DNA from: Octopus vulgaris
Taxonomy: Eukaryota
NCBI GenBank assembly: GCA_951406725.2
Contig: OX597820.1
Location: 92,504,001 to 92,568,000, forward strand
Reading direction: 5' to 3'
DNA: 64,000 nt
Positions 53,581 to 64,000 of the stretch are shown piece after piece. A program made the position numbers and the translations under genes. The notes under the pieces were generated by a model, which worked only from the letters and a program-made list of their open reading frames with translations, was not told the origin of the DNA and made no database searches. Numbering within the stretch: position 1 is the stretch's first letter; each line of letters opens with the position of its first letter.

Positions 53581-55905
53581 TCTAAATCCCACTCCATCGC
53601 ACCCATTTGACAACATAAACTTCCACAAAGCGGACTGGGGAGCAATCAGAAAGGATCTGTCTTTCATCGACTCGTCTTTTACTCTCAATTCCACCCATAT
53701 TGAGACCGCATGGCAGCACTTTGAAAACATTGTCACCTATACATGCTCTAAACACGCTCCCACGAAATCTACTAACACAAACAGAAACCGGCTCCCTAGA
53801 AAGAAAAAAACACTCATCAGGCGCATCAAAAGACTCAAGAAAATCAACCAATTAAAATATTCCCACAAACAACATCCACATTCAACAACAATGAAAAGGC
53901 TAGAGCTGGAAAAACTTCATCTGCAGACCGACATGAAAACCTCCATTGGAAATCAAAGAGCTGTGACGGAACAGTGGGTAATCAAAAAACATCAAACAGA
54001 ACCCAAAAGTGTTCTAGTCTTATGCAAATAAGCATAGAACCACTGTCTCACCCATTGGGCCATTGATTGATGATAACGGCATTCCCCAACACGATGCTAA
54101 AGAAATAGCAGAAATACTGCAGAAACAATACTGCTCTGTCTTTAGTGTTCCCACTGATATTGACGTAAGAGAAGCGAAGGAAGTTGACTCCCAACATAAA
54201 ATCTCAGACATAACCTTCACTGCCACTGACATCGTAGCAGCAAAAAATGAGGTCAAATACTACTCTGCTGTAGGCCCTGATAGGTTCCCCGCTAGTCTCC
54301 TGAAGGAATGTGGACACCAACTTGCAGTCCCTCTGACCAACCTCTGGAGAAATTCGTTAGACGCAGGTTATATACCGAAACAGTTTCTATCCCAGTCAGT
54401 CATCCCGGTTTTCAAACAGGGAAACAGATCCCTCGCAATCAACTATCGCCCAATCTCACTCACCTCCCACATCATTAAAGTGTTTGAAAGAGTGTTAAGA
54501 TCAAGGATAGCTGACTTCCTGGAGACCCACAAGCTCATAAATGCAAATCAGCATGGCTTTCGCTGTGGCAGGGACTGTCAAACACAGCTCTTACACCACA
54601 TTGAAGATGTACTCAAAGTCTTGGGAACAGATCCGAACGCTGATGTCATATATCTTGACTTCAGTAAAGCGTTCGACAGGGTAGACCATAATATCCTACT
54701 CTCAAATTTGGCAAATGTTGGAATCCGTGGAAAAGTTCTACACTGGATTAAGTATTTCCTGGCGAATAGAACACAACATGTTGTAGTTGATGGAGTCCAC
54801 TCAAGCCCAGCAAAAGTCACCAGCGGTGTTCCCCAGGGACTGTCTTGGGTCCGCTACTCTTCATAATTTACATGAACGACCTTTCCAGTGTCGTGCATTA
54901 CTGCAAAGTGAAAATATTTGCTGATGACACTAAGCTCCAGCAAATCGTCAATGAAGAAGCAGACCGAACTCAACTCCAGTCTGATCTATATGCTGTGAGT
55001 CAATGGGCAGACAGAAACAAAATGCAACTGAACGAGGGAAAATTTGAGCTGATGCATTTTGGAAGAAATTCCCCACTGAAACAGCCATACTCTCTTCCTT
55101 CAGGGGAACCGCTCACAGCCTCTAACAATATCAGAGACCTGGGTGTAATTGTTGATGACGATCTCAGTTGGAGTGCACACATCAACAAGAAGGTCGATAT
55201 AGCTCGTAAGATGAGTTCCTGGATCTTAAGAACTTTCCGGTCCAGAGAACAAGGTGTCGTCATACCACTTTTCTCCTCCTTTGTACGGCCACACCTCGAA
55301 TACTGCTGCCCACTGTGGTCTCCCCATACAAGACAAAACATCTCGAGGATTGAGTCACCCCAGAGGGCACTCACTAAACGAATTGAAGGCATGGCTGCTC
55401 TCGATTATTGGGATCGCCTTAAAGCCTTGAAACTTTACTCTCTCCAGCGTCGCTGTGAGCGGTACATCATTTGTACGATGTGGAGAATATATACCGCCAA
55501 CTTTGCCCAAATGACCTGAACATTAGCTTCAAGGTTCATCCAAGACTGGGACCACGGGCCATACGTCCCCTGCCCAACTCAAGATCACAGCATACATGTA
55601 CACTGCAACATAATTTCTTTTCCTCAACAGGCCCTGTCCTACTTAACATTGTCCCGAAAGAGATCAAAGAGAAAAAGGATCCCATCAACTTTAAACGGAG
55701 TCTGGATAGATTCCTTCAAAGAATACCAGATAAGCCACCCATAATTGAATACAACTCACCCAACAAGAAATCACTACTTGAATGGACCATAAACAAAACT
55801 TGACTTAAACAGGATTCGAATAATCCTATCAAGTGGTGCTATTAAGTTAGACATGGCCTGGACCAATCTTTGGTCGAAACATATCTAAGTTTATCTAAGT
55901 TTATA
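53581..55905 (+). mobile_element. 5'-truncated CR1-group (CR1/L2-like) LINE with frameshifted RT
   Basis: YRPISLTSHIIKVFERVL, QHGFR, IYLDFSKAFDRVDH, SGVPQG/LGPLLFIIYMND, FADDTK, VRPHLEYCCPLWSPH. Short TATCTAAGTT tandem tail at ~55882-55903; several frameshifts. Confidence 0.92.
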
Positions 55906-55965
55906 TGTGTCCATGTGTATATACATATATATATATGTGTGTATATATATAAATATATATATATA

Positions 55966-56007
<42 letters not shown>

Positions 56008-57104
56008 AGTATTCATTTTGAGACTAATGAATCATGGCATATATATGAATATATGTACATATATATATATATATATGTGTGTGTGTCTATGAGAACATGC
56101 ATCACTTTTGAGACTGTAATGAACTTATCAACTACTTGAAGGAAAGTTAGACCGTGCATTGAGTATTGGTGCCGATTATTGTTACGCAAGAACAAAATGA
56201 ATATTGTTGGCAACAACACTGAAATGTTACTGTTATATATAAATATCACAGGTCAGGAAGTCATTATTTTTGCATGTGATTTGTCTATTACATATGGGAT
56301 AATATCAGTAATGTGTTGCGCTATGAATATTCCCTCAAAAGTGAATCTTTGAAAAGCATTTATGTGTTGTGCACTTACGTATTTTGATTCTTTTAACCTG
56401 CATTTGATAAATGTTGCGACAAGTTACTGACATTCAAATTGATTTTGGTAAAACCCCAAAGACAAAGAACTCATTGGAAAATGTCACAATCAGTCTGATA
56501 GAATATATAACGCTAGAAACTATTTTTGCTTTAATAAACACACACATTTACATACACAAATACCCACAGACCTACAAACATACATATATACATACATGCG
56601 TGCATACATATATAGACACACATATGCGCACATGGCTATGTATATATAGATGTATATATGTATGTTTGTCTGCGTGTTTATCTGTTTATAATTATTATAT
56701 TTAATTTTTCATCAATTGACAACGACGACACTCAACGTTTCGACGAATAATTTTCCATAAAATAAATACCTCTTGCAAAATTAATTACAGTATTACTATG
56801 ATGGTCAGAAGCCTTGAGTTATGTGCCCGATTATGGATAACTGGTAGCAGTAATTTTTTTTTTAAATTAACGAATGTATATCATATGTACATATACTAAT
56901 TCGCTGATTTGATACAGAAGCCATACAGTTTGCAACACCACTCAACTTCTTCACAACTTACGCTTTTGAAAATCATGCAAAATGGAAAGCTGATAATTTT
57001 ATCAATATTGCAGAAATAGATCTTATACACTCTGTGAATTTTCATACGAGAAGTTTATTTCCCATGTATATGCAAGCGCACATTTGCATGTATGTGTGCG
57101 TATA

Positions 57105-57177
<73 letters not shown>

Positions 57178-57302
57178 AGATAAACTAACTTTGAAATGGA
57201 TGCGTGTCGTTCAATCATATCATAATATAAATAATATATATATATATGCATGTATACACACATATATGTACATACATATACATGTATATACATATACATA
57301 TA

Positions 57303-58290
57303 TGGGTACGGACGTCATGAAACGTAAACAACATGAACTACGAGAACATGGTATACGAACTTTTTTGCGAACAATGAAAGAAAGAAATGGAAAACAAGAC
57401 AATTAACATAATAAACTATTAACTGGAAAAATTGTAAAGTCTAAATAGTTTAAATACTAAATACGTGAAGTACATAATATAATAAACATAAATGAAGCTA
57501 AAATTCTATAATTTAATCTATATTCATTAATTAATTTATTCATTTAATAAACATCTAATTTTCAACTTATTCTAATTATGTAATATATACTATATAACCT
57601 CGTGCAAATTTAACTACTAAAAATTATAACTACTGCAATTAGTAACATAAAACAGAGTTTATATATATACACACATTAGCTAACCATATTATATAAGTCT
57701 ACATTTACGTTTTCGTTAGTTGAGGGAATTAAATATATTTTTAATATTAGTTAATAATATATCCTTAAATTCGTTTACTGTGTATTCGATATGATTTTGC
57801 CTTACAAACTATTTTCCAATTTAAATTGTACTTAATATTTTTAGATTTTAGTTCCCATATATATTTACTAAGGCCAGTAGAATTAATTAAATTTCTATTC
57901 TTAAAAGAATTCATGTGTTGAGCCACCCGTAATTTAATTTTATTAGAAGTCGACGCTATGCAAATTGTATTCATATTATAACCATGGTATATCATCAATC
58001 AAAGTCACTACACATTTGTATACTACATCATCGAAATTACATTTATTACTACGAACTGAAGGCAAGGATTATGGCAGCATTCACCAACTTAATCAAGGAG
58101 ACCATCCATAAGAGTTGCAGGAGATTCTGAAGTTGTCTGGAGGCCGTGGTTGAAACCAATTGCGATTTTTAAAAATATATTTACTCTTGAGTATTTTAAG
58201 ATACCTTTTATGTAATTTTGGTAAATATATCTGTTACAATAAGATGTCAGTGCTATTTTCATTTTTGCAAAATTTAGACGACAGTTAACT
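57303..58290 (-). mobile_element. Penelope-like element remnant with GIY-YIG endonuclease
   Basis: Minus strand NKCNFDDVVYKCVVT, then ICIASTSNKIKLRVAQHMNSFKN..NSTGLSKYIWELK..NWKIVCKAKSY, typical of PLE GIY-YIG domains. Flanked by (TA)n. Confidence 0.8.
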
Positions 58291-58301
58291 CAACGCACGC
58301 A

Positions 58302-58372
<71 letters not shown>

Positions 58373-58373
<1 letters not shown>

Positions 58374-58527
58374 AGAGCGGCCCAAATGTAGATTTACAGT
58401 TATTCGACTTCCTCTTGCGCAATCATATATTAACATATTAGATCTTAATTATTCCATGCTAAGTTAGTTAATTTTGTCAAGCTCCCTTTTCAGTTTGTAA
58501 CTGTTAACCTAATATTGGGCCATCCTG
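58373..58527. mobile_element. Tc1/mariner-type MITE
   Basis: Imperfect ~30-bp TIRs CAGAGCGGCCCAAATGTAGATTTACAGTTA / TAACTGTTAACCTAATATTGGGCCATCCTG, followed by TA. Confidence 0.65.
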
Positions 58528-59234
58528 TATGCATGTCTATGTGTGTGTGTGTTTCTGTGTGTGTGCCTGTCTGTGTCTGTGTGTATGTATGTATGTATCG
58601 AATTTCCCATTTTCCAATCACAGATAGGTGGTTCACCGTGAAATTACTGATTTTTTTTAATGAACATGTTCTATTCGCGTTTTTACCATAAATATCCTCC
58701 AACTCTTGAAGTTTGCTGAACTTATAGGAAGATTATTCTTTGGAAACTCATAAATTAAAAATCGATTGATAACACTTGTTTTTTTTTGTGCTAGTTAGTC
58801 AAATACTCATCAATAACATTCTGTTCGTATCAACTATCGTATATTTCTTTCATCAGTTGCAAAAAATCGGAAAATTATAATTGATATCCGAAAGGAAAGT
58901 TTTATAATACATCAATGGTTTTGTAATCACAAAAATTAAGTGTTCTTTCTTATTTAGAATTGCCTAATAATTAAAATCCCGCTTTTTTTAATTTATATTT
59001 TTTGTCAACCATCGTGTTCAGTTAGAACTGGTTAAATCCATGCAGGCTTAATTAACGCATATTCATTCTTTTGAAACAACGTAAGCAGAAACCGCCCATG
59101 GTGCTCTTTATCCAGTGAATAGAACATCGACTTTGCACGAATTTGTAGTAATTATCAACAAACTTTTTGTGAAATCAACCCTATTCCAATTTCCATTATT
59201 TTAGAAAGATACATAGCGATATTTCTTCCATGTA

Positions 59235-59306
59235 TTTACGTTCTGTATTCAATTTCTACTGGGGTCAGTTTTTACGTTCTGTATTCAATTTCTACTGGGG
59301 TCAGTT
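59235..59306. repeat. Perfect 36-bp tandem duplication of a SINE A B-box fragment
   Basis: TTTACGTTCTGTATTCAATTTCTACTGGGGTCAGTT occurs twice in tandem. Confidence 0.9.
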
Positions 59307-59341
59307 TTAACATTTGATTATTTCTGAAGCACCGTGCATTA

Positions 59342-59473
59342 TTAGGTTGTCCCAAAAGTTCGTAAACACTTGCAAAAATTGAATTTTTACTCGCCAAGTA
59401 CTAACAAAAATTATTCCTCAAAATAAAGACCATTATTTTCCAAGACTTTCTACGAACATTTGGGACAACCTTA
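59342..59473. mobile_element. 132-bp mariner MITE
   Basis: TIRs TTAGGTTGTCCCAAAAGTTCGTA / TACGAACATTTGGGACAACCTTA with TA on both sides; related to the TIRs at 8821 and 22908. Confidence 0.85.
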
Positions 59474-60826
59474 TAATTTGTTGGTGCGTGGACCACAGTG
59501 AATAGGATCTAGATTTACCAGGAAATCTTGTTGGGTATGCATCTGTAAGAAATTGCACATACTGCACCAGCCCGCTGTAACTATCAATGGAAAAAAATGG
59601 CATACGATATCAAATAATATAGTAGTCGTGTAGTGAGTCTTTTACTACGGACTCATCCTGCCAGAGAAAATTTGAAGGATACAAATAAGCAAAATTAATG
59701 AAATCAGATCGAATATTTCCAAAAGCGCTTTTCAAATAATTATCTTACGACGCTGAGTTTCATATCCATACAAATATGCATCCGTATGTACATTCCTACA
59801 CACATACACACACACATACACACATACTCACAATATATATATATATATTCATGATATTTTATAGACTGGCACAACACTATGTTACTTACTGAAGAGTATT
59901 TAAATATTACATCTTTAGGCCTCAATCAGTCAGTTCAGTTTATGTATTTTGCTATCAAAGCAGCATGAGTTATTCTACGGCTAGTTCAACGCGGTGCAAA
60001 TAGGATGCTAGCGCCACTTTATTGGCTTTCTATAGCATGATATATTCGGCGAAACGAATTCGTAATAGAGTATACCGCTCGTGGTATGTCCACAGGTTAA
60101 TTATTCAAATAGTTAATTATTTTTCAGTCATTAGAATATGAGTAATCTACGGGCAACAGTTATCATGTGGCGGTTATCCCATTTAATGATTCATATTATA
60201 AATGTGTTTGGTTGACAGACACAAGTGGATTATAATTTTTAATGGCGCCACATACCCTGCAATTTTTGTAGGTAATTTACGCTTGGATCGATATATATAT
60301 ATATGCGTTTTCAGAAGAGAAAGACTTGATGTTCATTAACAGGGCGTACATCTGGTGGCAACAGTGAGAGAAGTCATTATTTTGCAGATGGCTACAGCGA
60401 GCAGTGTGGGAAATTTCTCACGTGGGCAGGGCTGATAGAATTTTCAGGGGAATAAGGTGAAACCCTTTCCAGAATAATTCATGCACCAATGATTTAGATC
60501 AGTCATCAAAGTAATGCATTAGGGCAGAGAAATAATCAAAATGTATTGCAATATTAATAAATCGTTCTAGTAAGTGTAGTAGACTTGATCCCAGTAATAA
60601 TATCTATTACTAGTGCTAGTATATGAAAATGATTATGATGTCAGTCTGTTATGGATTTATATTAAGTCAATACGCTTAATTTTTAGGACCCTCGTTCTTA
60701 ATATTATATTTTTAATTTGAAGTTTTGCATCCCAAAGAATTTTGCCTCTAAAGTATTAATCACCGTGGCTCAATCCACTCAACACAACTATACCTCTATC
60801 CACCTAGATTTCGTTCTTTCTCTCTC

Positions 60827-60875
<49 letters not shown>

Positions 60876-62068
60876 TTATCTCACACAAACACACACACAT
60901 ACACACATGTGTGTCACTCTGTGTATGTATGTATGTATGTATGTATGTATGTATGTATGTATGTATGTATGTATGTACGTATGTATGTATGTATGTATGT
61001 ATGTATGTATGTATGTATGTATGTATACAATGTTCGTATTTTTATTTGCATTCGTTTTTCATAGAATGTTCAATTTCGTTCGAATCGTTGGAATTATTTA
61101 TGACCTATCAACTGGTTGAATCAAATAAACGCAATAAATTCACTGTATCGCTCCTTCCTTTGATATCCACTCTTATTGTCTCTCACCTTTTTTCTTCTTC
61201 GTCATCTTATTATTACTGTTGGTGGTATATGTACCATGGGCACTTCGCTTTTGGTCGACTTCTGTTTTTGCTTTTGTTTTTATTCACGTTTTAGTGCTGG
61301 TGGCTTTCATTAACAAGAAAACACGTTCAAATATTCATACATTATTATACTTAGTTCTTAATCATTATTTAGTTTGACATCGAAATATTTTATTTCGCAA
61401 GGTTCCCTCCCTTTTGATTTTAGACGAACGGTATCAAATTCTTCATATTTTACATAATGAAAAAGTATCATTTTTCCAGTTGAGATTAAGGCCATCAGAA
61501 AACTTACTGTACAGTATTTGCTTTTCTCAAATATATCTTTTAAAATGAATAATTCTATTTTTGAAAATGAATAATTCAAATTCATTGCTTTCCTTTAAAG
61601 GGTTATATATTTTTGTTGGTATTAAGTATCTATTGCATTTAATGCAAAATAACTTTTCTATTAAGAATTTTAGAAATTGTTTCTTTCATTTTTATTCATT
61701 TTTTCCCACTCTATAAGATAAAACCTGCCAGTTGCTATTAATTAAAAATATATTATAAAATATGGTTTCTTGTAATCTGCTGAAATTGTGAAAACATTTT
61801 GTCCGTGTGCTTATTCTGAAACACTGTTCTACATTTATAGAGCATATGGAACAGGAAATATTCAAGTTTTTCCACTAGCATCAAAACGTAATAGCAATAA
61901 TTGTCTTTCGATATTATGAAGATATTTGAATGCTTCAATTTATTTAGATAGTACAAAGAAATAGGTTTGGAATAAGTTCTTAGGTAACTCAATTTTCATA
62001 TAAATGGCAAACTAACTCTAATCTATGACGTTAGAAATTATCCAAGTTAATAACTTCGACAATTAACA

Positions 62069-62530
62069 CTAGAACAAGGGGTATACTTCTCGTGACAGTG
62101 AACTACTGTACACACTCTACATTTTAACATTTACTGAAGTACGATCAAAAGGTTCCTCCCCCCCCCGTCCAATGGACGGTGCTGAGTTGTCAAACATTTA
62201 AACCAAGTTGTTTTTCTTAAAACAACTTGTCCGACCGTCCCGTTTTGTGGCATTATTTCAAGCCAGCCGGCTTTTTTTGCAAAAAACTGCACGTGCATTT
62301 TTCTCGCGTATGCGTAGTATCGATCGCAACAGCTGATGTACAAATGCACGTTTCCACGGCTTTATCGATCGCATTCCCACCTGGAATTGATTTTTGTAAT
62401 TTTTCAAGTCTTATGCACGCCCTGATACCGTCGATATCTACATATCAAATTTGAGCGCAATCGGATGGAGGATGCCCGAGTTCCTAGAAGACACACACGC
62501 AGACAGACAGAACAGATTTTATATATTAGA
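62069..62530 (-). mobile_element. Non-autonomous Helitron-like element, copy 2
   Basis: Minus strand A|TCTAATATATAAAA ... CTAG|T; homologous blocks to 37120-37732. Confidence 0.6.
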
Positions 62531-62879
62531 TATACTAACTGTGTTCGTTAAATTGTATACGTGAGTTTTGTGATATATGAAAACTGTTAGTAAGAGAATA
62601 AAACAAATCTTAAATATTTCATTGAATTTTACACAAACAGTTTACCAAAAAAATAACACTAATGCAATTAGCTTTGCGGGAAAAGCTTGAGAAATGCCTA
62701 TCTTCATGTTTGTTTCTTTTATTTGTCTGTGAACACTTCTGTTTAATGGGTTTGAATTCGTTCCTGACTTGGAGATTTCAATAAAAGTATTCTGGTCTGG
62801 TTTCAGCCTTACTCAACAACATAAGGTCTTTCCTGCTATGGCTCAAACAATACTACCCAGTTTGCCACAGGTTATGACC

Positions 62880-63360
62880 CAAGAAGAATGACAATGAATT
62901 CTGGTGATAGGATGAGATAGTGACAGTGCTACATTAGAAACTGTGCAAAAAATTGGGGTCTAGACAGAGACAAGACGTGGAATGAGCACAAACCAGAGTC
63001 GCAGAGTCGCAGACCTGTAAGATCCTGTGGCATTTCCCAATCCAAAGAGATAAGGTGTAGAGCATAACAAACCGAACGTAGTGGTCGTGGACAAGATGCG
63101 CCACAGGTGTTATATACTTGATGACACGTGCCCCTTTGTCCCACGAATAGTCAGGAAGGAAGGCGAATAAACAGATATATACAATCTTCTTAAGTATCAA
63201 ATAGCCCGGCTATGGAAAATGAAGACGGTGCCAATTATTGTTGGTTCCTTTGGGACAGTAACAGAATGCATCAAGTTGAATATAAAGGAAATCGGAATAG
63301 AGTGCCCAGTAGAAATGTTACAAAGGTTTTGCCTTCTTGACACGGTCAGAATAATTAGCT
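62880..63360 (+). mobile_element. Decayed Dong/R4 C-terminal restriction-like endonuclease region
   Basis: KLCKK..WNEHKPE..KILWHFPIQRD..HNKPNVVVVDK..ILDDTCP..RLWKMKTVPIIVGSFG..LQRFCLLDTVRII (degenerate PD..D RLE), followed by (AAT)n. Confidence 0.8.
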
Positions 63361-63409
63361 CCATGCAAGACTCCAAGAGTTCCAACAAAACATGAGATAA
63401 CGCAGAATG

Positions 63410-63418
63410 ATTATAACG

Positions 63419-63475
<57 letters not shown>

Positions 63476-63499
63476 TTAATAATAATAATAATAATAATA
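63410..63499. repeat. (AAT)n microsatellite
   Basis: Directly visible. Confidence 0.97.
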
Positions 63500-64000
63500 A
63501 GACCAATAACCTGCCAACAGACCAATAACCTGCCTCCCTACTATGTTCAAGGCATTTACTGCAGTGATATCACAAAGGCTGAACAAGCACCTGGACGAAA
63601 ACAAACTGTTCCCAGAAGAGCAGAAAGGATGCCGCAAAGGCTCATATGGCTGTAAAGATCAACTAATGATTAATAAAGCCGTAACTGAAGACAGCCACAG
63701 AAAGAAGAAAGGTCTCAGTATGGCCTGGATTGACTACAAAAAGGCGTTTGATAGCATCCCCCACACATGGATCCTCGAAACACTAACCATTAACAAAGTA
63801 GCACCAACAATCATAAAATTCATAGAGCACTCTATGAATAAATGGCAAACAGTCCTACACCTCCAAACAAAAGAGGGACTCATGAAAACCAAAGACATCC
63901 CCATTAGAAGAGGAATATTCCAGGGAGATACGCTCTCTCCACTCCTTTTCTGCTTGGCACTGTCACCTCTATCTGATATGCTAAATAGAACTGGATGCGG
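63500..64000 (+). mobile_element. Young 5'-truncated Dong/R4 non-LTR retrotransposon; RT frame open from 63519 to the window end
   Basis: RPITCLPTMFKAFT..EEQKGCRKGSYGCKDQLMIN..MAWIDYKKAFDSIPHTWI..IRRGIFQGDTLSPLLFCLAL with no stop. Absent from the ORF track because the frame runs off the end. Confidence 0.92.

Noticed and set aside
56728-56820. Minus-strand GTCGAAACGTTGAGT hammerhead half
   Set aside because: The upstream core reads CTGACCA and is not adjacent to a matching stem I.

Overview
AT-rich, microsatellite-saturated eukaryotic intergenic or intronic DNA. The SINE and transposon families resemble, from memory, those of a cephalopod such as Octopus; this is inference, not a database result. 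No intact host gene is recognisable and most ORF-track entries are translated microsatellites. The window is a graveyard of mobile elements: Tc1/mariner transposons and MITEs, RTE, CR1-group and Dong/R4 LINEs, a Gypsy LTR remnant, Penelope-like (PLE) fragments, two Helitron-like copies and many tRNA-derived SINEs. The main finding is a non-coding 3-kb array at 33181-36180 made of near-identical 594/595-bp units between (TA)n tracts, about 1.8 copies in one orientation and about 3.2 in the other. Each complete unit carries an intact type I hammerhead ribozyme (five copies, on both strands) with an unusually long stem II and a self-complementary minimal stem III. This is the architecture of a retrozyme or PLE pseudo-LTR array, predicted to release ~595-nt monomers that could circularise. 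Smaller fold-back elements of unrelated sequence occur at 1520-1712 (hammerhead), 14442-14539 (G3:C8 hammerhead variant), 11702-11935 and 13374-13492, suggesting a diverse ribozyme-bearing retroelement system that often sits in (TA)n tracts.
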